Of a stretch of 64,000 bases of DNA, positions 51,399-64,000 are shown in pieces. The notes under the pieces were generated by a model. The model was not told the origin of the DNA and did not search any database. It was given only the letters and a program-made list of their open reading frames with translations. A program made the position numbers and the translations under genes. The stretch is from the NCBI GenBank assembly GCA_034780895.1, contig JAUZTB010000076.1, positions 89,281,332-89,345,331 on the forward strand, read 5' to 3'. Source of the stretch: Rhynchobatus australiae. Taxonomy: Eukaryota. Position 1 is the first letter of the stretch. Each line of letters starts with the position of its first letter.

Positions 51399-52600
51399 GC
51401 TCTCTCCATGGAGGTGAAGGTCACATTAACGCTTGGTTATCTCACCACAAGATCTTTCTAAACACCCACTGCATGTCTCCACTGTATCTCCCAATTTGCT
51501 GCTCACCTTTGCATCAAGGAGATCACCTAGATGTTTTGATCTCCTTTGATCACAGTGTAGAGCAAATGGCATCTTGGACACTGCCACTTGACTTCCCATG
51601 AGTGTAGTCAGCCACTGAGTGCAATCGAGTCCACAAGGGAGTCCATTAACAAGCTGGACCTTTTCATGATGTAAGAGGATTCCATTCCCTCAATGTACAT
51701 ATGGCTGTGGACCATCAGAAGAATTTCCTCATGGTCGATGCGCTGTTTCCAGGAAGCACACATCACTCCTTCTTTCTCAGAGGGAATGCACCGCAAGACA
51801 GCTTCATTGGCTGCACTACTAGGAGGGATAGATCCTGGGTGGCAAAAGTTACCCTCGTTCNNNNNNNNNNNNNNNNNNNNNNNNNNNNNNNNNNNNNNNN
51901 NNNNNNNNNNNNNNNNNNNNNNNNNNNNNNNNNNNNNNNNNNNNNNNNNNNNNNNNNNNNNNNNNNNNNNNNNNNNNNNNNNNNNNNNNNNNNNNNNNNN
52001 NNNNNNNNNNNNNNNNNNNNNNNNNNNNNNNNNNNNNNNNNNNNNNNNNNNNNNNNNNNNNNNNNNNNNNNNNNNNNNNNNNNNNNNNNNNNNNNNNNNN
52101 NNNNNNNNNNNNNNNNNNNNNNNNNNNNNNNNNNNNNNNNNNNNNNNNNNNNNNNNNNNNNNNNNNNNNNNNNNNNNNNNNNNNNNNNNNNNNNNNNNNN
52201 NNNNNNNNNNNNNNNNNNNNNNNNNNNNNNNNNNNNNNNNNNNNNNNNNNNNNNNNNNNNNNNNNNNNNNNNNNNNNNNNNNNNNNNNNNNNNNNNNNNN
52301 NNNNCAAAAGTTACCCTCGTTCTTCACACTACTTTGTACTACTGACACATCAACTGACCACCAATAACTACAAAAGCTGTACTAGTACCAGAATGTGCGC
52401 AAAGCACTTTTTGAGTTTCTAAAAATGAGCCTTCAGTCACACCAACCAGGTTCAGAGACTTCATGAAAGTGTGCTCATACCTGTCCAACCAATGACAACA
52501 GCCAGTGCAGGGAGAAGAACAACATGCAGACCAAGTGGCATAGCCTGAACAATGCCCAGGGGAAGAGGAGGAGGAAGAAGAAGAAGAGAAATAGGGGTGG
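51399..52600 (+). mobile_element. PIF/Harbinger transposase fossil (stops, frameshifts, central gap)
   Basis: From 51399: ALSMEVKVTLTLGYLTTRSF*...CISQFAAHLCIKEIT* (HTH-like). From 51677, in another frame: GFHSLNVHMAVDHQKNFLMVDALFPGSTHHSFFLR (Harbinger DDE core). An LKM remnant and poly-Glu-coding tract follow the gap. Confidence 0.8.
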
Positions 52601-53559
52601 TCCCACTTAACGGTCACAGTTTCATCTCCCAGCAGAGTGCAGGAGGCAGTCATTGTGTGCATGGGTTATAAGGGGCTCACATATAGGGTGATACTTCCTG
52701 CAAAATCATAATCCTCACCACACTCCAAAGGTTACCTACAGTATTGTACACCAATAATCAGGTGGGGAAGCAAAGAGAACACTTACTATTCCCACAATAA
52801 GTCCACCTGCTATAAGGCATCAATAATAGAATTACTGGTTCGATTATCAAAGTAGCTTGCCCCAGATATTTTCTGTGGTCTGCAACTCGCCCTGACATGG
52901 TTTTAGGATGTGATATTAATCTGTGCATGGTCAATTGAGTCTTGACCCCTCACTAGCTCCTGCCAGGATCTTCTTATTTTGGCCTAGCAAGTCTGTTGGC
53001 CCTCCCACAGAGGACCTTCCTCCTGACATTTATCTCACCATTGTGATTGACCAGGTCACTTTCACTAAATCTTGTCTTGTTGCTCCCCTGCAATCTTCCT
53101 TTCCTCAGTGGAAGCCATTGTGTGTGTGGCTGTGTCCAGTTGACTTGGGGAGTATGCCTTTAAGGGCTAATGCAAAATGATCAAAGTAAAAGCTAAATTG
53201 AGCATGGTCTTGTCAGGACCTATGCAGGGCCCCTTTTAGCCCAAGTGTTTGAGTGTAAATCCCCTTGCGCTGTTTCAAATGTCTTTTTGGCCATTTTTGG
53301 GTCTTTTTTGCAGGAGACCCAAACAAGCTATAGTGATAAACACAAACCCGGTGTAGTACATAACATAAGAGCGGAATCCAATTTCTGGGCAGAATTGTGA
53401 GCGTTCATTAATTTGCATCCCTATTTAAAAGTCAGTTCAACTTGCTGATTACAATTTTGGATTGTAAAAGCTATTGGGTGACATTGGCAGCTCCTTTATC
53501 CAACGCCTGTCTATAATCGCTCTAAGTACAATAATGGTAAGCCCCTTTCTTGAGATTCT

Positions 53560-54300
53560 GTACTTCATGTGAGGATGGTTTTCACACAATGCTGTTGGGT
53601 AAAGTAAGGAATTCACAGGATTTTGATCTAATAATGATGAAGGAATCAGGACCCCGTGTGACTTGGATGGGAATTCAGAAGCAGTGAGATTCTTGTGTGC
53701 CTGCTACTGTTGTTCTTCTAGCTAGAACAGAGCTTGAGTAGCCAGGTTAAAGAAGCTTTAGTGTAGTGCACCTTGTGGATAGTAGGCAATGCAGCCATGG
53801 CATGTTGGTGATAGAGGGGGAAAATAATTTAAGATGGTGCGTGCCACTCAAAGCTGGCTGCCTTCCCTTGGGTGGTGTCGAACTTCTTGAGTCTTGTTGG
53901 AGCTGCGCTTATTCGGGCGTGTGGATAGCATTCCATCACATGCTTGACTTAAGTCTTGTAAGTCGTGGAAAGCCTGAGAGAATCAGCAGATGAGTCACCC
54001 TTCAGAGGTTACCCAGCCTCTGACCTGCTCTTGTAGATATTTATTTGAGTCAGTCAGTTAAATTTCTGACTTCCAGGATGATGATCATGAGGAATTCATC
54101 AATGTTAAATCCATTTGATTCTTAATATCACGTATAAGGAGGCCAGACTTTCTCTTCTTGGAAATGATCAATACCTGACACTTCAGGAGCATGAAGAATA
54201 CTTGCCACTTATCAGCCCAGGTCTTGTTGCATGTGTGCAAGGTGTGGTTCATTATGAGTATTTTCAAGTAGAATAGCATACTGTGCAAAGATCAGCAAAC
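53560..54300 (-). mobile_element. Decayed LINE (CR1/L2 group) fragment
   Basis: Shares sequence with ~2790-2990 and ~60020-60300 (e.g. gtgcctgctactgttgttcttcta, gaacttcttgagt). No intact ORF. Confidence 0.45.
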
Positions 54301-57300
54301 TTTCTCATTTCGAATTGTTTGGGGATACAGAAGAAGGCATTCAGCCCATTACTCCATGCCAGCTCCAAGTAACAGAACCTTTGTTAGCCCTGTTCTCCCA
54401 TTATTTCCCTGGAGCTCTGAAAATTATTATCCCTCAAGTACTTATCCAAGTTCCTCTTGAAAGCCCTTGTTGGCTTTTACTACACTACCCTTATGGATAC
54501 TGAGCTCCTGGTCTTAACTAACCATGGCATGAAACTCTCCTTTGCATCTTCCTCTCATCCAAGCACTAATGGAGACAATTTCTCCAAGTTTAACATGCAT
54601 AAACCAGTCAAAATTTTCTACACATTTATCAAATTTCTGCTTAATCCTTTTAGCTATAAAGAGAAAAATTCCAGTTTCTCCAATCTAACCTTATAATTGA
54701 AATTCTAACCTTAGAACTGAAATTTTAACCTTCTGTTCTTATGGTGTAGGGAAGGTCATTAATCATGAAGCTAAATTGGTTGGACCCAGGGCACTGCTCA
54801 GAGTACTTTCTATAGTGACATTCCGGAGCTGGGATGATTGGCTTCCATTAGTCACAAGTACCTTCCTCTGTGTTAGGTGTGACTCCAAATTGGGGAGAGT
54901 TTTCCCACTGATTCATGTTGACTTCAAATTTACTGGGCCATGATGTCACACGCTGTCATGGACTTGGCCAAAGAGGGATGTAAATACTTCAGTCTCGTTC
55001 TTTGGCACTCAAGCATAAAGTTGGTATGCGCCAACATTGAAGACAGGGATGTCCTTGTGCAATCTTCTCTTTCCTGGAATTACTTGGTAAAACATATTAA
55101 AGATAGATGAATAAGACACATAAAAATATCTTCAAACATGTAAATAAACACAGAAATAACAAACTATTACAGTTTCTGGAGAATTGGAACTTCACGCTCA
55201 GCTGCTGGACTATAATGAGTTCAGCATCAGAGCATTAATAGGAAATGGCTGATGAATGTCTGTCGTCCAAACCTGGAATCATGTGTTCACACATGCATAC
55301 CCAGAAATTCCAAACGCTGAGATTTATGCACAGAACTCAGCTGTTCCTTGCAAAAATCCATGTCAGCAATAATGCTTCAGGGCAAAGGTCTTTCACTGGA
55401 ACATGAGTCATTGATCTGAGATGTTACATTTGTCCTTCTCTCCACAGATGCTGCCTGGCCTCCTGTGTTTCCTGCACTCTCCAGTTTTATTTCAGATTTG
55501 CACCATCCCCTGCACTTTGCTTTTCCATTTGTCTTGGAGTAGAAAATGCTGCAAGGTTTGTGTTGCAAAAGTGCGTTAAAGCCACAGAATTTATAAAATG
55601 GAGATGACTATATATTCCTTCTGCATTCCCTTCAATTTTCCTCCCTAATTTCTGTTTACTTTAACCCCATTCAATGAACAGTGATTCATTTTTCCTGGGC
55701 AATTTTCCACTTTAGATGCCTGTGTTGCAACAGTACTAAAACAGATTGGCCAGAGGTTCAGTTGTTTCTAAGCATGAGCATTTAGCACAGAGCTGGGATG
55801 TTGTCAAGTAAAAAAAAACCTCAATACTTCAATCAAGTGCTTTGCAACGTGTGAGCGAATATTGACAGACTCTTCAGCAATGCCAACTTTCAATAGAAAA
55901 TTCCAGTCTTTATCCAACATTATTGCTTTCGCACTTCCAGCAGAGTTCATTGGCCAGTAATCTACTGCCTGGCCTTCGGCCAGTTTGTTTTGCCTGTTTT
56001 CTGAGTCCAATTGTAATACACTCACTTCCTCACTGTCTGAAATCAACAAGGACAGTTCAGTGTAGGCATTAAATATAGAGCCTACCTGGTCCATGTGGCA
56101 CAGTGCCACACCATGCAGTACATCTTCTTACTGAGACAGGAGGTTGGTGCCTCTGCATCTTTATACCATTACTTCAGAACTACCTTTCCTTCATTTTGAA
56201 CTTGCTGAAATTCACTACATAATTCAGAATTATTTAACATATACTACGTAGTCAGTTTTCCAGAAGAGTTATAAAATTAACAGAAATCCCCTGACCTTAC
56301 ATATATTATTAATATTTGGAAAGAAAATGAAAAAATCTTGGAACATTGTTTTACAAGTGCCATTCAGTAAAGACACTGAAAATGTTAACCTTGTCACATT
56401 TAACTAGGGACAGATTATCTTTCATTAATTTCTCAATAGGATAATATATTCTTATGCTAAATTGTGCATTAGCTAAAAGCATTTCTATAAATCTTTTCTG
56501 CTCTAAAACTGTTTCATCACTTCATTAATTTATAGTACTCTGATAGTCATGAGTGACATCATTTTAAACATTATTGTATGATTAGATTTTAAACTGCAGC
56601 AATCATGTGTGGCCACTTTTGGAATTTATTAGTTCAGATCTTGAACATTTCAGGTTATTTGCAACTTTAAAATATGAACATTTGAGGCCAGAAATCACAG
56701 TTTCATTTATTAGAGTCTGAATATTGAAATTGTTGGTGTAACTTTCCTCCATTCACTATTCTGATGGAAACATGAGCTCATTTATTTCAAATGATAAATG
56801 TCTAGAAAGTGATCCCTGGTCAGTGGTGCTGAATGCACTGTGTGTCTATGCATCCTCCTCCACTTCTTAAATTGAAGTCAGTTCTGTACATGGAATAGAA
56901 CACACAGCCACCATGATATAGGATCTGGCACTAATGTCCAAGGATGAATCTCTAGATGATAATTCTTTCCAGCAAAATAGTGAATGAAGGAGATTCATGT
57001 AAAATACCTTAAAGATTAATACCAATATTATAACTAGTGACTCCCCATTGTTTCTTTCTTATTTATTTTAAAGTGANNNNNNNNNNNNNNNNNNNNNNNN
57101 NNNNNNNNNNNNNNNNNNNNNNNNNNNNNNNNNNNNNNNNNNNNNNNNNNNNNNNNNNNNNNNNNNNNNNNNNNNNAAGTGATTTCAGCAAGATTACATA
57201 GAGAGTCAGTAACAAATAATGTCAAATATTACCAAATACAAAATACTCCCTTGACTAACTTTAAGCTCCTTTTTAAAATTGAGCTATCATACAATAGGTT

Positions 57301-57932
57301 TAATTGCAAAAGATAACAACATTTGAAGACTAAGCTGACAATTTAAGTTTTTTTGAAATTTCACTACAATAATCAGAACTGAATGTTTTTACAAGCAGTC
57401 TTTTTAAGAAGTGGATACAATAGTTAATCATAATATCAATTGCTATTGATCCACAATCACTTCTCCATATTTGTAGGAATTTGATACTTTCCTTTGAGGA
57501 ACAGGAAACAGGAAAGGCAAAAAAAAAGCTATCCATTTAAGTCAGTGGCGTTGGCCTTTCTAAGATGGAAGTGGTTAATATTCAGCCAATAGGATTATGA
57601 CTTTTGCACAATCTACATGCAATCTGTGTCTCAAATGTTACACTTTTGCACAATACTATACATTAGAATTAATTTTCAGAGCTACTTGTACTTGTAGACT
57701 TGGGAGTATCAATAGCTTTCTAAACTGCTGTGGTCATGTTAGTCAATCTGCATGTGGAGGAAAACTGGGACACAGAGCAATTGGCAGACATTACCACTTT
57801 ATAACAGTCTCCACTCTTCATATGTCCTAAGGAAACACAAGCGTGGGAAACACACAAAGAGAATTTGCTCATCCTAAAGGCATTCAAAGTGTTTTGCTTT
57901 TTCCTTTGCCATTTTAACAACTTACCTCAAAG

Positions 57933-57948
57933 ATTGACAGGTGTCAAT
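57933..57948. promoter_or_regulatory. Palindromic MEIS/TGIF/PKNOX dimer site
   Basis: ATTGACAGGTGTCAAT, with core TGACAGGTGTCA. Confidence 0.5.
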
Positions 57949-60001
57949 AAGTCACAAGAAAGAGGGTTGATGATCACTTGCAGCTCAGTTCTCAATCAAA
58001 TGCAAATGGTTTGCACTGGCACCATGTTGTGGATGCTTTTATCCACGACAAACTTTTTTATTTACCTGTTACCCTTAAACTTGAAGTTGGTAAAAGAAAT
58101 GAAAATAAGGAGTTTCACAGATCAGTTCTCATGGTGCTTCTGTAATTAACAGCAACAGTGGTTGAAAACAAAAGTTACCTTCAAAAAGTGCATCAGCTCT
58201 GCTCATGCATCTGAATTTGTGAAATAACTGAGGAAAAATAAACAAAAGTTAATTTGAAACACTGCCTGATTTGCTGAGAGCTAGTAAATGTAAATCAGAG
58301 TTGCTGCAAGAATTCTTGACAGAACCAAAACTGTTTCAATGCTGAAGGTTGAGATATTTTATGGATTCTGAGGTGACAATATTTTAGAGATTGCAAATTT
58401 TCAGTCTGTTGATAAACAGCAGTTTTCAACACAGCAGGTGGAATTTTTCAATCGTCTCATGGCATTTGTCTACACAACATCTCTTGAATACCTTGACTTA
58501 CGTTAGACATCTAAGAAGCATGAAAGCTAATTTATAAAGAGCAATGCATTACTTTCACTTTGAATGAAACATTCAGATTGTGCTTAAACAACAGGGACAT
58601 GTAATGTTGAATTCCATTGTCACAGTTTCGGAAACTTTCAGGGACTCATTAATCTCTCTTGCTGATTGTAATGCAGATTTCCCAAGATCAAAGAGGAAGA
58701 GAATTCTAATGAAGCTGATAGTCATGGAACTTACAATTAAATGTGTGGATTTTTAAAAAAGAGTGCTGAGGGTAAGATGATTGCTTGGTCTGGATGAAGA
58801 GCAGAATACCCCAGGTTGACACAGCCTACATTCTTTCTCTGTGAGCTTAGCTGGTCAGCTTTGGTCAATGCTATTCCAATGCATTGTCCACACCCAACAA
58901 TTCTGTAGTTGGGCTTAAGTGACTGCAATTGGTTACAAAACACCCTACTACCACTCACCTTTAACTTTCTTACTGACATTTCTACTTAGTATCCTTGCTG
59001 CTAACTTTAGGAGCCCGATAGAATACTCTCTACTTGCCTGGACGAGTGCAACTTTAACAGCCTTAACGTCACTTCAATAGTAACAACCTTTCCGCCTTCT
59101 CAATCTTTATGCTCCTCCTGTCAGCTAAATCTCAACATGCTTACTGCCAACTCTATCTTAACAATCTCACTGTCACCTAGTTGTCATCTCAATCTTTACA
59201 CTCTTACATTTCCCACTATTTTGAAACCCTTACTATCCTACCAATTTTAATACCTTCACAGCCAGCCTAATTTTACCATCTTCTGGCTAACTTTGTGCCA
59301 CACTGTCATCCTAATTGAATTCAGCTGATATATCATGGATGGATAACCATGTCTGTTACCCTCAGGTNNNNNNNNNNNNNNNNNNNNNNNNNNNNNNNNN
59401 NNNNNNNNNNNNNNNNNNNNNNNNNNNNNNNNNNNNNNNNNNNNNNNNNNNNNNNNNNNNNNNNNNNNNNNNNNNNNNNNNNNNNNNNNNNNNNNNNNNN
59501 NNNNNNNNNNNNNNNNNNNNNNNNNNNNNNNNNNNNNNNNNNNNNNNNNNNNNNNNNNNNNNNNNNNNNNNNNNNNNNNNNNNNNNNNNNNNNNNNNNNN
59601 NNNNNNNNNNNNNNNNNNNNNNNNNNNNNNNNNNNNNNNNNNNNNNNNNNNNNNNNNNNNNNNNNNNNNNNNNNNNNNNNNNNNNNNNNNNNNNNNNNNN
59701 NNNNNNNNNNNNNNNNNNNNNNNNNNNNNNNNNNNNNNNNNNNNNNNNNNNNNNNNNNNNNNNNNNNNNNNNNNNNNNNNNNNNNNNNNNNNNNNNNNNN
59801 NNNNNNNNNNNNNNNNNNNNNNNNNNNNNNNNNNNNNNNNNNNNNNNNNNNNNNNNNNNNNNNNNNNNNNNNNNNNNNNNNNNNNNNNNNNNNNNNNNNN
59901 NNNNNNNNNNNNNNNNNNNNNNNNNNNNNNNNNNNNNNNNNNNNNNNNNNNNNNNNNNNNNNNNNNNNNNNNNNNNNNNNNNNNNNNNNNNNNNNNNNNN
60001 N

Positions 60002-61800
60002 GATTTAGACCCAGCGAGGATGGAGGATTCTTCCAAGTTAGAATGCTGGACTTGGAGAACATGTTGCTATGGTGTCCCCCATCTGCCTGAATCCCTGTTG
60101 CTCTTGGTAGTAGAGATCACTGGTTTGGCAAGTACTGTTGGAGTAGCCTTGGTGAATAACTGCCATTCATTTTGTAGATGGTGCATACTGAAACCACTCT
60201 GTGCTGCTTATGCAAGGAATGAGTATTTAAGGTGGTGAGAGGGATACAAATCAAGCAGGCTGCTTTATCCTGGATGATGCTGAGCTCCTTGAGTGTTCCT
60301 CTTATCTACTAGGCCCTGCTGTCATCGAGGATGGGGACTTAAATATTCCTTATTTCAAGAAAGAGGTCATTCAACCCATCAAGTCAATGCCAGCTTGCAG
60401 AGCAATCCCGTCAGTCTTTTCCCCAAATTGTTCCCTGCAATCTAATTTCTTTCACATGTCCTTCAACCCAGCCCTAAGTCTCCTGCCATTCACCTTCCTA
60501 CACAGGCATTAGTTTATGGTAGCTAATTAACCTACCGACTAGCATATGTTTGGGATGTGAGAAGAAGCCAGAGCACTCAGGGGAAATCCGGTGGTCACAG
60601 GGAGAATGTGCAATCTCCGCAAAGACAGCAGTGGAGGTGAGGATTGAACCTGGGTCACTGGAGTTGTAAGGAAGCAGCTCTGCTCTTTATTCACTGTGCT
60701 GCCCTCTGCTGGGATGTTCTTGGAGCATCCTTCTCCTGTCAGCTGCTTAATTGTACACCACCATTCACCAGATGTGGCAGGACTGCCAAGCATTGATCTG
60801 AGCAGTTGACCATGCAATTGCTTAGTTCTGTCTATTGAATACTGTTTATGGTATTTAGTCAACATGCAATCCTGTGCTGTACCTTCACCAGGTTGGCATC
60901 TCATTTTGAATATGCTTAATGTTACTCCTGGCAAGACCTTCTGCACTTCTGATTGAAGCAAGGTTGACTCCCTGGCTTGATAGCGATGGTAGAGTGAGGG
61001 TTATGCCAGACCTAGAGGTTACAGATTGGGGAGGTGTACATTTCTGGTCCATAGTACCTCACAGGTGCCCAGTTCTGAGCATCCAGAACTGTTCTGAGCC
61101 TTCATTATTATTATGCCACCAAACACAGTACTTTGTCATCACAAGTACTGTCCAGTGGTCACTTATGCCAATGCCATTATGGACAGATGCAGCTGCCAGA
61201 GGTAGATTGGTGAGGACAAGGATAAGTGTGATTATCCTTGGTGTTTTCTGTCAGGGCTCGGGCAGCTCGGTCAGTGGCAGTTCTGTGTTGGATGCTGAAA
61301 TCTCCCACCCAAAGTATATTCTGTGCCCTTATTATTTTTTTTCAGTGCTTCTTCCTAGTGTTATTCAACACGGAGGAACACTTATTCATCAGCTGTAGAA
61401 GGACAGTGGGTGGTAATCAGGAGGACATTTCTTTATCCATGTTGGATCAGATACCATGAAACTTCTTGCGATCTGGAGTTAATATTGAGGACTCCCAGGG
61501 TTATTCCTTTCACCCTTATATCAGTATCCAACCTTCGCTGGTAGTCCACCTTGCCTCTGCGACAAGGCACACCCAGGGATTGTAATGGAGGAACCTGGCA
61601 CATTGTCTATAAAATATCACTCTGCGAGTACGAGTGGTTTGTGGGAAAACTCTCCCGTTTGTGACCAAGTCAGCAAATGTTTGCGGGGACAGCTTTTCAA
61701 AGTCGACTGATTTTGGAGGGCCTCTGCCATGTGTGAATATGGTGCCCAGGTTAATGTTGGATGACTTGTCCTGTTTTATTATTTTATTGCACTGAAATGT
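60002..61800 (-). mobile_element. Long decayed LINE fragment, interrupted by the V-SINE at 60361
   Basis: Same family as 53560-54300 (aatcaagcaggctgctttatcctggatg; ttaattgtacaccaccattcac). Many stops. Confidence 0.45.
60361..60684 (-). mobile_element. Older V-SINE with CR1-type tail
   Basis: B box (rc of gattgaacctgggtc), V domain (tttgggatgtgagaagaagccagagcac...gggagaatgtgcaatctcc) and a LINE-like tail. Confidence 0.7.
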
Positions 61801-64000
61801 TGGTGTCTGTGATAATCTTTAGGAGGCCTGAGGGTCAGTGCCATCTACAGTGCTGTCTCAGGTTCCCATCAGTACACGCATGGTTGCGCCTGACTGCCTG
61901 TCTGATGAACTGTGCTTCTTCCTTCCACCATTGATGTTATTGTTTCAGGCCCAACTGTAAGGGCTGGTGCCCGTTGGGGGTCTTGTGACAAGAAGGAAAA
62001 GCGGAGACAGTGATGGATTGGTCACCAAGTGTAGGGGGTANNNNNNNNNNNNNNNNNNNNNNNNNNNNNNNNNNNNNNNNNNNNNNNNNNNNNNNNNNNN
62101 NNNNNNTCAAGTTAAGTATCACGCAAGGAAACACGATGCTTAGTTATTAGTGACTCGTTATTTCTTTCAAATGATCTTATTGATTTGTTGGTGATTACCT
62201 ACACAGAAACATACAATACGAAAGGATCCCATTCAGGCTACTGTGTCTGTGCCAGGTTTGTGAAGAAGACATTAATCCTGTTCCGATGTTCTTTCTCCAT
62301 GGCTCTTCAGAGTTTTCCTCTTCGGGTTGTCCATCTAAATACCTTTGAAAATCTGGAAATTCCCATTCAGGCAATGCGTTCCATAAAGTAACTTCTTCCA
62401 TCATATTTATTCATAAGTAAATGACTGGAAGTAGAAAAGGGCAATGTGAAAGCACAAAAAGAATAGACACAGCTTTAGAATGGCTATGCTGATGAATGCA
62501 AACTAGAAGAAAGTGACTGTGGAGATAGCACAATTTCCAATATCTTCAATGACTGGGGTCCAACAGAAATATAGGACACACCCCACCACCAACACATCCA
62601 CAGGATATCCAGTTCAAATCATCAAACAAATTCCAAGTGAAATGTACTGCAAAATGGATTCAAAACCACAAATAAAATAAGCAAAACATCATTTCGTCAA
62701 ACCATGATGAACCCACAAAGTCTCAGATGTGATTTAGCGTTATGGGAAATTGGACAGAGTGAGAAGAGTAAGAATAGTTATTTGACAAATGGTTAAGGAA
62801 ATCTTCTCTAAAGAACTCTGAAGAAGATCTACATCCTGGCTATACAATAATATATCCACAGAATCCTCAATAGCAATATTCTAACTACTGAGCATTTAAC
62901 AAAGGGCAGTTTCCCCCATTGAAAGTTTCTTCACCCTCTCTCCCATTCAGTAAGTAAAATACAATTTTTGTCCATTTCACCCTTTCAATCTTTGACCAAA
63001 TCTAGAAGTAGCTCAGCTCCTACAAAAAAGCATATTTTATTTCTTAAAAAAACAACTTAAGTCAATAACCTTGTCATAGTCAACATGCGACCTTCACGTC
63101 ATGAATACGGATTGGGAAGTGTCCTCTATCACCAGTCATGGAGTCTGAAATATAAACCAGCACTGCATCTACCCACCCCTATCCCAGTGAGACTAACCTT
63201 CCTTTCCATCCTTCCAGGAAGAATGTTTTTCCACCAGAGGGATCTAAATGTGTTTTGGTCTATTGTATCTCCATACCCCTGGACCCTAGNNNNNNNNNNN
63301 NNNNNNNNNNNNNNNNNNNNNNNNNNNNNNNNNNNNNNNNNNNNNNNNNNNNNNNNNNNNNNNNNNNNNNNNNNNNNNNNNNNNNNNNNCTAGACCCTTG
63401 CATCTCCCTTTCTATTGAGGACAATCTCAAAGCTAAATCAGTTCCACCTTGCTCTTCTCTGTTCCGTTTCACTCAACTATTTCCACTCATGCACCTCTTC
63501 TCTACCCCTTCCTCTCCTTCCTGTTTACCTGTCCTACTATGATGAAAATGGGCACTTGATCGTGGCACCCTTCCTCCCTGTCCTCAACCCACCCTCTCCT
63601 CTGTGTCTTACTCTTATTCATAGCCTTCCTCAATACTTCTTCCCCACTTGTATCACACCTTCCTTTCTGCCTCCCCTCAGTCTTGCTCGAGCGCAATCCT
63701 GCTGTTCCCTGCATGCCCTCCTTCTCCCTCACTCTTTTTTCCAACTCAATTTGGTAAACTTGGACTTGATGACTAGTGGAGGTGGGGTTGACTAAAGGTG
63801 GTACGATTATGGTGAGATTCTGTCAGGCTATCTCAGCAATGACACTGGCTCTACAAGTATCAGAAGTGCAACATATCTGTCACTAGCNNNNNNNNNNTTG
63901 CAGATAGTCCACAGCAGTTCAACCTTCATATATTGCATTCAATTCTTCCAGGTAAGGCAGTGCGGCCATCACTGTGAGCACTGTGTCTCCATTTTGCTGC

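Noticed and set aside
51399-51800. Functional HARBI1-like host gene
   Set aside because: In-frame stops, a frameshift and a substituted conserved Asp indicate a dead transposon.
42808-60238. Many long ORFs in the track
   Set aside because: They are runs of X spanning N gaps.

Overview
Eukaryotic genomic DNA from a gapped draft scaffold, most likely a cartilaginous fish (ray or shark), judged from its repeat families: HE1-type V-SINEs, DeuSINEs, CR1/L2/RTE LINEs and Penelope-type palindromes. The window holds the 5' half of MEIS1 (TALE homeobox gene) on the minus strand. Coding exons 1, 2, 3, 5 and 6 are visible with GT-AG boundaries. Exon 4 is not visible and probably lies in the N gap at 22715-23183. 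Exon 7 onward, including the homeodomain, is probably left of position 1. Positions 1-20687 are a large intron 6, and 25.5-64 kb is gene-free upstream DNA. The most interesting signals are regulatory: a 7-codon uORF (MRLGSFV*) next to a perfect PBX-MEIS/PREP decamer in the 5' leader; a perfect DR2 retinoic-acid element about 4 kb upstream; a palindromic MEIS dimer site about 33 kb upstream; a possible homeodomain-less intron-6 read-through isoform; a candidate antisense promoter in intron 6; and a PIF/Harbinger transposase fossil. Comparisons with human MEIS1 and with repeat consensus sequences are from memory and need checking by alignment. Repeat boundaries are approximate.
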